Notes: a model not told the origin generated them from the letters alone. A DNA stretch of 64,000 nt from Armatimonadota bacterium (GCA_046292385.1 JBKBRF010000002.1:203653-267652), one strand, 5' to 3'. Positions 10,242 through 20,791 are shown, counted from the stretch's first letter. Translations and numbers: made by a program.

Positions 10242-10509
10242 GGCCTCTACCCCCTGCGGGGAGGTTGCGCGGTCGGCGCCATCATCCCTGCGGTGAAGGA
10301 GCCGCCCAGCCGACGCTGCCTTTGACACAGAAGGACGCTGTGAATGCACAGAAGGAACACAGACTTGGGACTGGAATGGCCTTCGGCCGGATGCCAATCA
10401 CAGTGCTCGATTCGCGGTCGATGCGTGGCCCGGCACCTGTTTAGCACGAGATTCTGCTCTGAAAATGCCCCGCGACGGCGTAGGACGATAGGTTGGCGCT
10501 GCGGCGCGG

Positions 10510-10611
10510 CCTAACCCCCCAAACTCCCTTCCCTGCGAGGGAAGGGGGAGTCAGCTTGCCTAACATCCATAGCTCCCCTCTCCTCGCAGGAGAGGGGTCG
10601 GGGGGTGAGGC
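10510..10611. repeat. REP-like palindromic element (cccttccc..gggaaggg / cccctctcc..ggagagggg..gggggtgagg); relatives at ~36796-36896 and 41169-41207
   Basis: Two hairpins with outer inverted repeats, and dispersed similar copies. Confidence 0.75.
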
Positions 10612-11023
10612 CGCGTGAGAAGTAGCACTCACTCTGTTTTCATCCACCCCGGGTGCGCAGAGCGGCAGCGGCAACTCTGTGTCGAAGATCCAGGACCGAA
10701 ACGAAGGACGGAGGCGCGGGTCAACCAAAGATTCTCGACGTCTTCGAAAACTCGCAAAATAGTTGGAACCCGGGCGGGCAACCACGGGTCTGGGGCCTGA
10801 CTCACTCTCTATCTCGCGCCGGAAACGGAGTGCCGGATCGGGTACACTCGGTACCAGGCGGGCACACTCCCCGTGCGGTGCGGCGGAGCTGAGTCGTTCC
10901 GCACCCTATCCGCCCGCCTTCGCGAGGGACACCACCCGGCGTCACTCGCCGGGCGCGACGGGTAGGATCATGTTGGACTTCTCCCTTCCCCTGACGGGGT
11001 CAATTGAAAGGAGTCAGGCAGCC

Positions 11024-13678
11024 ATGAAACGCCTCGGTTGCCTGGTGATACTGGCTGGACTGCTCTTCGGGGCGCGTCCGGCCGCCGCGGATCCGTATGC
11101 CAGCGCCCGCCTGAGCGACGCGCGCGGAAACGTCTCCGTACGCGGCGCCGAAGAGACCGAGATCACCTACGTGGAGCGCAACGCCGTGCTCCGCGAGGGG
11201 GATACGCTCTGGACCGACCGCAGCGGAAACGCCGAGATCGAGCTGGAGAGCGGCACCTGGGTGCGCCTCTCCGAGGACACGAAGCTGGAGCTCCAGCGCC
11301 TGCCTCCCAGCACGGAGCTGCGGGTCTGGACCGGCTCGGTCTACGTGGACGTTTCCGACCGCGCCCTCACCGCCACCCGGCTGATTACGCCGGTGGGCGA
11401 CGTGGACGTGGAGCCGGAGAGCGTGGTGCGCATCGACCTGAGCCGCGACGAGAGCGCCCGCGTGAGCGTGCTACACGGCCGCGCCCGCGTGGCGCCGGTG
11501 GACGGCTCTCCCGTCGGCCTGCAGACCGGCGAGCGGACCTACCTGGAGTGGGGCCGCGGGGTGGAGCGCCCGTCGCCGTTCAGCCGGGATGAGCTGGACG
11601 GCTTCGACCGCTACCACCGGGAGCGAGTTGACTACTACATCGACCGGCCCGTGCCGCGCGAGCTGGAGCGCGACATCCTGGGCGCGCGGGACCTGAACGA
11701 CTACGGCACCTGGGTGGTGGTGGACCACGTCCGCTACTACCGGCCCACCTGCCCGCCGGACTGGCGCCCCTACTCCACTGGCTACTGGAGCTACGTGCCC
11801 AGCTTCGGCTACTCGTGGGTCGACTACTCCCCGTGGGGCTACGCCACCAGCCACTACGGCCGCTGGCGCTACATGCCGTCCCACGGCTGGCTCTGGGCGC
11901 CCGGTTACGTGTGGGGACCCTCGTACGTCTACTGGTCCAACTACGGCAGCTATTGCGGCTGGGCGCCGCTGGACCCGTGGGGACGCCCCGCCTACTACGG
12001 TCCGGGCAACTTCACGTCGTTCAACTTCATCATTGACTTCCGCAGCTGGACCTTCTGCCCGCGGGACCGGTTCTACTACGGTCGCCACCACCGCAGCTTC
12101 GCGGGCCACGGCGGCCACGGCGGACGCGGCGGACGGTTCCTCTTCGGCGGTCACGAGATCCGGAACAACCCGACTGACTTCCACCTGGTACGGGACTTCT
12201 CCCGGGAGATCGGCGTCCCGCGCGACGGCGGGCGCGGCCTCCTGGTGGGCCACAACGGCCTGCGGGCGCGAGACAGCGTCCTGCGGCTGGAGAACGGCCT
12301 GCCCGCCGGGCGGCTGAAGCAGATCGAGAACCGGTTCAAGGTGCCGGGCACGCGCGACCGGGATCACGCCCGCCGCGACAGCGGCCTGGAGAACCTGCTC
12401 CGGAACCCGGACGCCCGCATCGATGACAACCGCATCCTGAAGGGCCCCGAGGCGCTGAAGCGGCTCGGACGGTCGAACCCGAACGAGGGCGGCGAGCTTC
12501 GGAACGAGCGGCCCACCTCGCCGGTGCGGAACGGCGCCGGCCGCGGGAATGACCGCCCCGGCTCTCCGCTGGGACGTGGTGAGGACCGCCGGCCGAGCGC
12601 AGACCGTCCGGGCAATGACCGGCCCAACGCAGACCGGCCGACCCCGCGCCAGGATGGTCCGCTGGGCAACCCGGGCCGCGGAAACGACGAGCCGCACAAC
12701 GGCGAGCCGAACCGCACCCCCGACCCGGCTCGAAAGCCCGACCCGGCGCAGAAGCCCGACCCGGCCCGGCGGCCGGAGCCCTCGCGCCGGCCGGAGCCGC
12801 GCGACTCCGACGGGCGCAGCGCTCCGAACCCGTTCGAGCGGCGGCAGCAGCACGAGCAGCGCCAACCGGACCGCCAGCCCGAGCGTCAACCGGACCGACA
12901 GCCGGACCGGCGCGAGAGCGACCGGCGGCGGGAGCGCAGCGCCTTCGAGCCGCGCACCCCGGCGCCCGCCCTCGGAAACCCGGGCGCAAGCCCGTCGCCG
13001 GGAGCCGGCTCCCGGGACGACCGCTTCCGCCGAGGCAGCGGCTCGGGCCTGGGAGACCGGAATGACCGACCGTCGCCCGGCACCTCTCCGGCCTCTCCGC
13101 TGCGACCGGACGCCGGCCGGCAGCCGGATGCGCCGCGGTCGTCGTACCGCGACTTCCCCTCGCGCAGCGGCGGCTCCAGCGGCGGCGTAGACCGGAGCTC
13201 GGGCTTCCGCCGGGGCGAGCCGAGCCCGCCTCGGGGCGGAGACAGCCGCTCCGTGACGCCGGGCCCCGGGAGCGCGCCCTCCGGCGGCAGCTACCGGGAC
13301 TTCCGGTCGCCGTCCACGGCGCCCCGGTCGCTCGGCCCGTCCGGCGGATCGTCCAGCTCGCCGTACACCCGGCCGGGGGGCGGCAGCACCCCGTTCGGAG
13401 CGGGACGGAGCCCGAGCCCCAGCCCGTCCGGCGGCAGCTATTCCCCCCGGACCGGCGGCAGCTCGCCGTCCCGCGGGAGCGAGCGCGGCAGCTATCGCTC
13501 GCCGCTGGGGAGCCGCGGCAGCCCGTTCCCGTCTCGCGGCGGCGTGAGCGCGCCCCGCAGCCTCGGACCGTCGCGGTCGCCGTCCTTCGGCAGCCGCGGC
13601 TCCGCGAGTCCGAGCCGGTCCAACGGGGGAAGCTCCTCCGGCGGCCGGTCCGGCGGCTTCTCGCGCCGCGGCCGGTAA
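11024..13678 (+). CDS. FecR-domain / DUF6600-like secreted protein with long disordered R/S/G/P-rich tail
   Basis: AAGGAG RBS, signal peptide, FecR-like EGDTLWT...AEIELE..GTWVRL, aromatic motif WRPYSTGYW..YSWVDYSPWGYATSHYGRW..GWLWAPG, low-complexity C-terminus. Confidence 0.85.
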   Translation: MKRLGCLVILAGLLFGARPAAADPYASARLSDARGNVSVRGAEETEITYVERNAVLREGDTLWTDRSGNAEIELESGTWVRLSEDTKLELQRLPPSTELRVWTGSVYVDVSDRALTATRLITPVGDVDVEPESVVRIDLSRDESARVSVLHGRARVAPVDGSPVGLQTGERTYLEWGRGVERPSPFSRDELDGFDRYHRERVDYYIDRPVPRELERDILGARDLNDYGTWVVVDHVRYYRPTCPPDWRPYSTGYWSYVPSFGYSWVDYSPWGYATSHYGRWRYMPSHGWLWAPGYVWGPSYVYWSNYGSYCGWAPLDPWGRPAYYGPGNFTSFNFIIDFRSWTFCPRDRFYYGRHHRSFAGHGGHGGRGGRFLFGGHEIRNNPTDFHLVRDFSREIGVPRDGGRGLLVGHNGLRARDSVLRLENGLPAGRLKQIENRFKVPGTRDRDHARRDSGLENLLRNPDARIDDNRILKGPEALKRLGRSNPNEGGELRNERPTSPVRNGAGRGNDRPGSPLGRGEDRRPSADRPGNDRPNADRPTPRQDGPLGNPGRGNDEPHNGEPNRTPDPARKPDPAQKPDPARRPEPSRRPEPRDSDGRSAPNPFERRQQHEQRQPDRQPERQPDRQPDRRESDRRRERSAFEPRTPAPALGNPGASPSPGAGSRDDRFRRGSGSGLGDRNDRPSPGTSPASPLRPDAGRQPDAPRSSYRDFPSRSGGSSGGVDRSSGFRRGEPSPPRGGDSRSVTPGPGSAPSGGSYRDFRSPSTAPRSLGPSGGSSSSPYTRPGGGSTPFGAGRSPSPSPSGGSYSPRTGGSSPSRGSERGSYRSPLGSRGSPFPSRGGVSAPRSLGPSRSPSFGSRGSASPSRSNGGSSSGGRSGGFSRRGR

Positions 13679-13711
13679 GCTCACGCGGCCCAGGCCGCGG
13701 CGGTGACACGG

Positions 13712-13749
13712 GATGGACGTTTGCCCCGGCTCCGGGGTAAACGTCCATC
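13712..13749. promoter_or_regulatory. Near-perfect 18-bp palindrome immediately upstream of miaA
   Basis: gatggacgtttgccccgg-ct-ccggggtaaacgtccatc. Confidence 0.6.
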
Positions 13750-13750
13750 T

Positions 13751-14683
13751 GTGTCTTACCCCGCCCCTACCCGTCCCCCGCTGGCGATCCTGACCGGACC
13801 CACCGCCGTCGGCAAGACCGAAGTCTCGCTCGACGTGGCGGAGCGCCTCGGCACGGAGATCCTCTCCGCCGACTCGATGGCGGTCTACCGCCGCATGGAC
13901 GCCGCCACCGCCAAGCCCTCCGCCGCGGCGCGGGCGCGCGTGCCGCATCACCTGATCGACCTCGTCGACCCGACCGAGCCGTTCACCGTCGCCGACTACC
14001 GCGAAGCGGCGATCCCGATCGTGGAGCGTCTCTACGCGGAGGGGAAGCGGCCGCTCTTCGTCGGCGGGACCCGCCTCTACCTCCGCGCGCTCACGGCGCC
14101 GTTCGCCACGGGGCCGGAGCCCGACCCCGAGCTTCGGGCGCGTCTCAAGGAGCAATCGACCGAGGCGCTGCACGCGGAGCTGGCGCGGGTCGATCCCGCT
14201 ACGGCGGCCTGGGTGCATCCCGCGGACCGGAAGCGGATCGTCCGCGCGCTGGAGGTCTGGCACAAGACCGGCCGGCCGATCTCCGAGGTCCAGGCGGAGA
14301 GCCGCGAGGAGGGCGGTCTCTACCCGGCGACCTGGGTGGCGCTGGTCCGGGACCGGGAGGAGCTCTACCAGCGGGTCGATTCCCGCGTGGACGAGATGAT
14401 CCGGGACGGGCTGGTGGAGGAAGTCCAGGGCTTCCTCCACGAGGGCCTCGGCCCGGATACCCCCGCCATGGCCGGCCACGGCTACAAGGAGATCATGCGG
14501 GCGCTCCTGGGCGAGTACTCCCTCGACGAAGGAATCCGGCTGCTGAAACGAAACACCCGCCGCTACGTGAAGTACCAGCTCATGTGGCTGCGGGGCATGC
14601 CGGAAGTCCGCTACGTCCGCGCCGACCAGCCGCACGAGCGGGTGGTGGAGGAGGTGCTTAGAGGGATGAACGATGAGGGATGA
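13751..14683 (+). CDS. miaA: tRNA dimethylallyltransferase
   Basis: ILTGPTAVGKT, EILSADSM.VYR.MD..TAKP, PHHLID, VGGTRLY, RIVRALEV. Start uncertain (13703 or 13751). Confidence 0.93.
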   Translation: MSYPAPTRPPLAILTGPTAVGKTEVSLDVAERLGTEILSADSMAVYRRMDAATAKPSAAARARVPHHLIDLVDPTEPFTVADYREAAIPIVERLYAEGKRPLFVGGTRLYLRALTAPFATGPEPDPELRARLKEQSTEALHAELARVDPATAAWVHPADRKRIVRALEVWHKTGRPISEVQAESREEGGLYPATWVALVRDREELYQRVDSRVDEMIRDGLVEEVQGFLHEGLGPDTPAMAGHGYKEIMRALLGEYSLDEGIRLLKRNTRRYVKYQLMWLRGMPEVRYVRADQPHERVVEEVLRGMNDEG

Positions 14684-14744
14684 ATTCGAACCCTCCGTGC
14701 ACGGGAGGTCTTGCTCCTGCTCTTGCTCTTGCTCGCTGGCGACC
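14662..14744 (+). repeat. GGGATGA array plus ~60-bp dispersed cassette (copy 2)
   Basis: Near-identical to 6321-6380. Confidence 0.9.
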
Positions 14745-14862
14745 CTCGCTCTCCGGCGCGTCCCCGCCAGCCGATCCAGGCGCGTTGGAACCGCGGGCGC
14801 AACCTTCCCGGCAGCTTCATCCCTTCAGTAGAGGAAGCCGAGAGAACTTCCGAGCTGGGGAT

Positions 14863-15046
14863 TCACCGCGGAGACGCGGTGGACGCAGAGAGAACCCGAA
14901 CCGGACTAACCGCCAAGACGCCAAGAGCCGCCAAGATTGAACAAAGTAGTAGTAGCTGGGGTCGCAGTATGGGACTCGTGAAGCGGACCAAGCCCCATCC
15001 TCTGGTTCCAGTTCCCTCTGCGCTCTCCGCGTCCTCTGCGGTGAAT
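14863..15046. repeat. Inverted 9-mer-type repeats (caccgcggagacgcgg..gcagag / ctctgcg..cctctgcggtg) plus cgccaaga array
   Basis: Left and right arms are imperfect reverse complements; aaccgccaagacgccaagagccgccaag lies between them. Confidence 0.75.
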
Positions 15047-15174
15047 CCCGGTTCGGACTCACCTCCCCGACCGACCCCGCGCATCTAAAGAAGGTTGACT
15101 TGCCCGCGTTTGGGGAAATAGAGCCCATCTTCTTCGCCGCGCGGCGGAGACCGGCCACGGAAAGGGGGGCGCGG

Positions 15175-15633
15175 ATGTCTGTTACTCTACGAGGCGGCGA
15201 CCGGCAGGGTCCCGCCAGGAACAGCGCGCTGGCGGAGGCGATCCGCCACGTAGAGTCCGCACTCGAGCCGCCGCATCCGGGAGCCGAGAGCGAGTGGATC
15301 CTCCGCGCCAGTCGGAAGATCCGGGACGGCGCCCGCGCGCTGGCGACCCACCGCGCGGTAGTCGACGCTCCGGACGGGCTCTACGCGCAGGTGGAGGGGG
15401 TTACCCCGCCGGCCGGGCCGCACCTCCGCGGGCTGCGGCGCCAGAGCGGGGCCACGCTGGAGGACGCCAGCCACCTGGAGCGCGCCGCCGGCGCTGCGGC
15501 CGGCGACCCGGAGAACGTGGATGCCGTGCTGGCGCGAGCGCGGGAGCTGGTCGGGGCCCTCTGGCGACTGCAACAGCGGGAGGTGGAGCTGCTGGTTCAG
15601 GCGTACGAGCAAGATATCGGCGCGGGCGATTGA
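15175..15633 (+). CDS. Hypothetical helical protein (possibly hemerythrin-like fold; C-terminal AYEQDIGAGD)
   Basis: Purine-rich RBS. The DGLY and Y..DIG..D motifs recall a known family of hemerythrin-like hypotheticals. Confidence 0.6.
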   Translation: MSVTLRGGDRQGPARNSALAEAIRHVESALEPPHPGAESEWILRASRKIRDGARALATHRAVVDAPDGLYAQVEGVTPPAGPHLRGLRRQSGATLEDASHLERAAGAAAGDPENVDAVLARARELVGALWRLQQREVELLVQAYEQDIGAGD

Positions 15634-15727
15634 CGGCGCTCGCACCGAGGCCGGGAACCACGGAGCCGCTTCTACCGTCAGCAATGAAGAGCGCCCTGGC
15701 GGCGCGAAACCTGGGAGGGAGCTGCGG

Positions 15728-17551
15728 ATGAAGGTGTGGAAGCTGGCCTGCCTCGGCCTGATCGGCGCGCTCCTCTGCGCCGCTCCGTTCCGCGCGGCGG
15801 CTCAGGAGCCGGAAGCACCGGACACGCCGATACCGGCCCCCCAGCAGCCGCAGGCGCGGGAGCTGGATGCGCGGCTCGATCCGCGTCTCGCGGCGCGCCT
15901 CTCCCTGGAGGTGCGGGCCGCCGGGATCGGCGAGACGCTGAGCAGCCTGGAGGCGGCGCTCGGCGTGCCGCTCTCCGCCGCGCCGGGAGTCGGCGCGCAG
16001 CGGATCACCCTCTACGCCGGAGACACCAGCCTCTTCAGCATCCAGCAGGCGCTCGCCTCCCTGCTCCACACGCGCTGGCAGCCGCGCGGCGAAGGGGAAC
16101 AGATCGCCTACCGCCTGCTGGAAGACACCGCCTCCCAGGCGCGCGCGGACGCGCTGCGGCGCCAGCGCCGGTCGCTGCTGCTGAATTCACTCCTGCGTAC
16201 CGCTGTCGCGCTCCAGCGGCGCCCCGCGGAGGCGGTCGCCCTGGAGCTCCGGCAGGAAGTGGCGGCCCGGATGCCGGAGCTGCCGGAAGAGGCGCTGGAG
16301 TCGATCACGCCGGAGCTGCTGCAGCAGACCTGGCTGCTCGCGCCGGTGCAGTACGGCCTGAGCCAGGCGCTCCTGCGGGACGGCGGCGTCTGGGTGCCGT
16401 TCCAGCAGCTCTCGCCGGCGCACCGGGTGCTCTTCGCCACCTTCAGCTCCGGCGCCGCGGGCGCAGACCTGGCCCCGTACTACCCGGAAGAGGTGCTCAC
16501 CAGCCCGCTCTCGCCGCTGGCGCAGCCGCAGGCGCGCCTGGAGTACCGCTATCTCTACGGCGACCGCTGGGCCGGCTCACTGCTGGCGATCCGCGCCGGA
16601 CTTCCGAACCGCTGGGCCGCCACGGTGCTGCCTTCCGCGCTCTACCCGATTCCGGACTACGCCAGCCTCTATCCGGAGGCGCAGGTCCGCCCCGGCGACC
16701 CCGCGCTGCAGAACGGCGTGAACGTGACGATCGACACCGAGGCGCTGAGTTGGGACCAGGCGATCACGCTGCTGGCGGAGAGGGCCGGCCTGAACGTGCT
16801 GAGCGACTCCTACCCCCGGCCGGACGTCTTCCGCACCCCCGGCACCGCGCCGGTGATCGTCGGCACGACGGTCGGCGCAACGCTCGACCGCCTGGCGAGC
16901 CACTACGGCTACGTCTGGTGGCGGCTGGGTGATTTCTACGTCTTCCGCCACCGCTACTGGGCGGAGGAGCAGCGCGTCGCCGTGCCGGAAGAGCTGCTGC
17001 AGTGGGTCGGCGCCGGAGTCTCCGGCGGACGCCTCGCCACGGACCGGATCACCGGCCTGGCGCACCTGACCGACGAGCAGCTCCTCACGCTGAACAGCTA
17101 CGGGCGCGCGGCCGGGCGCGGTGTCGCGCCGCCGGAAGCGTTCGACCTGGACCAGATGCAGCTCGCGCAGCGCGCGCTTAGCCTCTTCTCCGGCCTCACT
17201 CCCGCGCAGAAGGAGCTGGCGCGCAGCACCGGCATCTCCGCCCTGCAGCTCGATCCCTCGCAGCGTCAGGCGCTGCTGGCGATCGCCTACGAGCGCGCGC
17301 TGCCGGTGGCGCTTACCACCCTGGAGCAGTGGCGCTTCCGCGTCTCCGACGCCTTCCGCCGGGAGCGGCTCTCCGCCGGCTGGGCGGAGCTCGGCACGGT
17401 GCGCTTCCTCTTCGATTACGGCAACGCCGGAGCCGCGTCCGCCGAGTTGGCGGTCCGCGCCCCCGCGGTAGAAGCTCCCGCCGCCACGGACGCCGCACCG
17501 GCGGGCTCCCCGCCCGCGCCGATCGAGGAAGGGCAGGGCGGGGAGAGGTAA
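15728..17551 (+). CDS. Secreted hypothetical protein with two STN/secretin-N-like segments
   Basis: GGAGG RBS, signal peptide, LDPRLAARLSLEV...LEAALGVPL and WDQAITLLAERAGLNVLSDSY segments. Confidence 0.75.
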   Translation: MKVWKLACLGLIGALLCAAPFRAAAQEPEAPDTPIPAPQQPQARELDARLDPRLAARLSLEVRAAGIGETLSSLEAALGVPLSAAPGVGAQRITLYAGDTSLFSIQQALASLLHTRWQPRGEGEQIAYRLLEDTASQARADALRRQRRSLLLNSLLRTAVALQRRPAEAVALELRQEVAARMPELPEEALESITPELLQQTWLLAPVQYGLSQALLRDGGVWVPFQQLSPAHRVLFATFSSGAAGADLAPYYPEEVLTSPLSPLAQPQARLEYRYLYGDRWAGSLLAIRAGLPNRWAATVLPSALYPIPDYASLYPEAQVRPGDPALQNGVNVTIDTEALSWDQAITLLAERAGLNVLSDSYPRPDVFRTPGTAPVIVGTTVGATLDRLASHYGYVWWRLGDFYVFRHRYWAEEQRVAVPEELLQWVGAGVSGGRLATDRITGLAHLTDEQLLTLNSYGRAAGRGVAPPEAFDLDQMQLAQRALSLFSGLTPAQKELARSTGISALQLDPSQRQALLAIAYERALPVALTTLEQWRFRVSDAFRRERLSAGWAELGTVRFLFDYGNAGAASAELAVRAPAVEAPAATDAAPAGSPPAPIEEGQGGER

Positions 17552-17608
17552 AGGCGTTGATTACCCCGTCTTCCGCCGGGAAAAAGATCCACGATAGGAG
17601 GTAACCGG

Positions 17609-18337
17609 ATGAAGGCCCTACTCTTTTCACTCTTCGTGTCTACCCTGTTCCTGCTGCCGGCGCTGGCGCAGCGGGAAGACCGCGCGGACGAGCCGGTGCT
17701 GGTGGTCAGCGGCAACTCGGAAGTGCGCGTAGCGCCGGACCTGGCGATCGTGCGCCTCGGCGTGACCCGCATCGCCAGCACGGCGCAGCAGGCCCAGGCG
17801 GAGGTGAACCAGGCCGCCCAGGCGATCCTGGAGAGCGTGCTGCGCCTCCAGGTGCCGAGGGAGGCGGTGCAGACCTCCCAGCTCACGATCCAGCCGCTCT
17901 ACGAGCAGCGTCAGCCGCGCCCCGGACAGGAGCCGCAGGAGCCGCGCGAGCCGCGCATCGTCGCCTACCAGGCGTCGAACGTCGTCACGATCCGCCTCAC
18001 CCGCCTGGAAACCGCCGGCCCGGTGATCGACGCCGCCCTGAAGGCCGGCGCCAACCGGCTGGACGGCCTCTCCTTCGGCCTGCAGAACGACCGCGAGGCG
18101 CGGCAGCGCGCGCTCACCGAGGCAGTGCGGGAAGCCCGGCAGAAAGCGCGCACCATGGCGGAGGCGCTCGACGTGCGCCTGGTGCGGGTGGTAGAGGCGA
18201 TCGAAGGCGGCTACGTACGCCCGATGGAGTTCGCCGCCGAACGCGCCATGATGGCCGCCGGCGACGCCGGCACTCCCGTCTCACCCGGAGAAGTCTCGGT
18301 CCACGCCAACGTCACCCTGCGCTACCGGATCCAGTAG
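17609..18337 (+). CDS. SIMPL domain (DUF541/BP26) periplasmic protein
   Basis: VSGNSEVRVAPDLA, IQPLY, YQASNVV, ALTEAVREARQKA..MAEAL, PGEVSVHANV. Confidence 0.93.
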   Translation: MKALLFSLFVSTLFLLPALAQREDRADEPVLVVSGNSEVRVAPDLAIVRLGVTRIASTAQQAQAEVNQAAQAILESVLRLQVPREAVQTSQLTIQPLYEQRQPRPGQEPQEPREPRIVAYQASNVVTIRLTRLETAGPVIDAALKAGANRLDGLSFGLQNDREARQRALTEAVREARQKARTMAEALDVRLVRVVEAIEGGYVRPMEFAAERAMMAAGDAGTPVSPGEVSVHANVTLRYRIQ

Positions 18338-18658
18338 GCGCTGAGAGGCTTCGGCGGCTCCGCGGCCGAGACCATTGGCTCCCGCAGGCAAAGCCGGAGG
18401 GAGCCAGTTGTGACTACCCCTGGGACGTCAGGGGTGGTCGCTCGACGGCGGACGATTCAGCCCGTGAACCAGGCTGCTGTGGCGGTAGAGCGCACCGGCG
18501 CGGGAAGAGCGCAGCGGTACGCACTCCCGGAGTGGCCTGCTAGCGCCGGAGGCGCGTGAAAAGGCCGCGGAGGGCCCTCGTCGCGGGAGGGCTGTAATCG
18601 TCCGACTAGGGCGCGGGGGCGAACCCGCGGTGTCGACGCTGCTCCACGCCGGAAGGTC

Positions 18659-18700
18659 AAAAAGAGCGGGAGGCCCCCCGAAAGGAAGTCCTCCCGCTCT
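18659..18700 (-). terminator. Rho-independent terminator for the 18714-19184 gene
   Basis: agagcgggagg...cctcccgctct stem followed by a T-run on the minus strand. Confidence 0.75.
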
Positions 18701-18713
18701 CCATTTCGAAGCA

Positions 18714-19184
18714 TTAGCGGCTCGAAAGCATCGGTCCCAGCACCTCCCGCGTCTTATCGACCGCCTGCGCGGCCGGCGTGAGGTCCCAGACCACCGGGAT
18801 CAACAGCACTCCCAGCAGCGCAAGCGTGGAGTAGCGGAGCGCCGTGAGGCCGCCGGAGCGGTCCAGACGCCAGGTGAGCCCGCAGAGCACCACCAGGACG
18901 GCGGACCACGCCGGGAAGAGCCAGAACGCGCTCTGCACCAGCTTCGCCGGGCCGTAGCCCAGCATTCCGAAGGTGAGCAGCGCGGTCACCGCGAAGACGA
19001 GGATGCTCGCCGCGGTGTCCCAGGGCTGCAGCACGGCGCGCAGACGCGCGGCCGCCGCCTTGCGGGCGAAAGCCTGCCGCTGCCGCCAGTTCGGCTTGAA
19101 TTCGGCGCCGCAGACCTCGCACTTCAGCGGCGAGCTGCCCTGCATCTCCACGTACGCCGTGCATTCCTTGCACTTCACGTACAT
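18714..19184 (-). CDS. Hypothetical membrane protein with N-terminal CxxC...CxxC zinc ribbon
   Basis: CKEC...CEVC followed by 3 TM segments; AGGAGG RBS; downstream terminator. Confidence 0.75.
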   Translation of the reverse strand: MYVKCKECTAYVEMQGSSPLKCEVCGAEFKPNWRQRQAFARKAAAARLRAVLQPWDTAASILVFAVTALLTFGMLGYGPAKLVQSAFWLFPAWSAVLVVLCGLTWRLDRSGGLTALRYSTLALLGVLLIPVVWDLTPAAQAVDKTREVLGPMLSSR

Positions 19185-19308
19185 CTGTGTTCCTCCTGTC
19201 CCCTTCCGGGGTTACTTTCTCCCAACCGGCCCTTTGTCCCCGTCTACGGGGCTTTCTGTAACGTGAAGGTCCGACAGAAGGAACCGGAACAGGTGTAAGA
19301 AGGGAAGT

Positions 19309-19474
19309 CAGGGGGATAGGGGGAGATGAGGGGATAAATCAGGTCCAGCCGATCACGGTGATTCCGCTGGAATCCGCTCAGCCCGGCGAAACGGCCGCGT
19401 TGACGCAGCAAGTCGACGCCAGGCGAGCCAGAACAGTGCAGATCCCCTTATCCCCCTCCATCTCCCTCATCTCC
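19309..19474. repeat. Inverted GGGAGATGA-type arrays
   Basis: gggggatagggggagatgaggggata ... ttatccccctccatctccctcatctcc. Confidence 0.75.
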
Positions 19475-19509
19475 TTTCTTACACTTGCAGCTGACAGCAC
19501 TCCGCACTC

Positions 19510-19980
<471 letters not shown>

Positions 19981-20068
19981 CACTGGACCTCCCGCACTCG
20001 CACGTGACCTCTGCTGAGAACATGCTACAGTACACGCGGAAAGTCCGTTTTGTAGCCGGGAGGGGAAG

Positions 20069-20695
20069 ATGCTGCGCCGCGCGTTCATACTGTCTGCCGC
20101 CGCCCTGGCGCTGGGGACCGCCGCGTCGGCCCAGCTTCAGGAGATCTATTCGCAGTACGTGCGCGTGCTGAACCCGCAGGGCGACTTTGCCGCGAAGCTG
20201 ATCCGGCTGGAGCCCGGAGGCGGGGAGGGCTGGCGCGAGGTGCGGGACGAGCGGAACGGGTACCGGCTCCAGGTACCGGCCGGCGCGAAGGTCGATACCG
20301 CCGCCAGCGGCTCCCGGGTGCTGCTGGTGACGCTGGAGGAGAGCCAGGAGGCCCCCTCGCCCACGTTCCGCATCGACCTCTTCCAGCCCGCTCCCGGCGA
20401 GCCGACGAAGGTCGACGCCGAATACGCCCGGGCCTACGCGGAGCAGTATTCGGAGACCGCCTTCGAGGGGAAGCTGCAGGTGACCGACAGCGGGCTGCTC
20501 CAGGTGAAAAAGCTGCCGCTCGCCATGGTCGGCGGCGTCCGACCCCAGGGCGCCGCGCAGGCCTACCGCCTGCAGTGCGCGCACCTGAGCAAGAAGCAGC
20601 AGCTCTTCCTCACCGTCGACTGCTCCGCGGCCGATTGGCCGGGCCTGAGCGAGACGGTCGGCCGGATGCTCCTGACCTTCGAAGTGGGCAAGTAG
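20069..20695 (+). CDS. Secreted hypothetical protein (possibly PsbP-like fold)
   Basis: Signal peptide, RBS, GYRLQVP and terminal MLLTFEV. Confidence 0.65.
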   Translation: MLRRAFILSAAALALGTAASAQLQEIYSQYVRVLNPQGDFAAKLIRLEPGGGEGWREVRDERNGYRLQVPAGAKVDTAASGSRVLLVTLEESQEAPSPTFRIDLFQPAPGEPTKVDAEYARAYAEQYSETAFEGKLQVTDSGLLQVKKLPLAMVGGVRPQGAAQAYRLQCAHLSKKQQLFLTVDCSAADWPGLSETVGRMLLTFEVGK

Positions 20696-20736
20696 GCGCC
20701 GGCAGGCGACAGCCGTCGCCGGGTGACTAAGAACAA

Positions 20737-20768
20737 CGAAGCGGGACCCATCCCGGGGTCCCGCTTCG
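20737..20768. terminator. Hairpin between convergent genes
   Basis: cgaagcgggacc...ggtcccgcttcg. Confidence 0.65.
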
Positions 20769-20791
20769 CAATTCCGAAGGCTGCCGGCACG

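Noticed and set aside
18431..18650. tmRNA (GGGG..TCGAC start, GCGGG..CCCGC arm)
   Set aside because: Too short, lacks the TTCRA T-loop and CCA end, and has no tag ORF.
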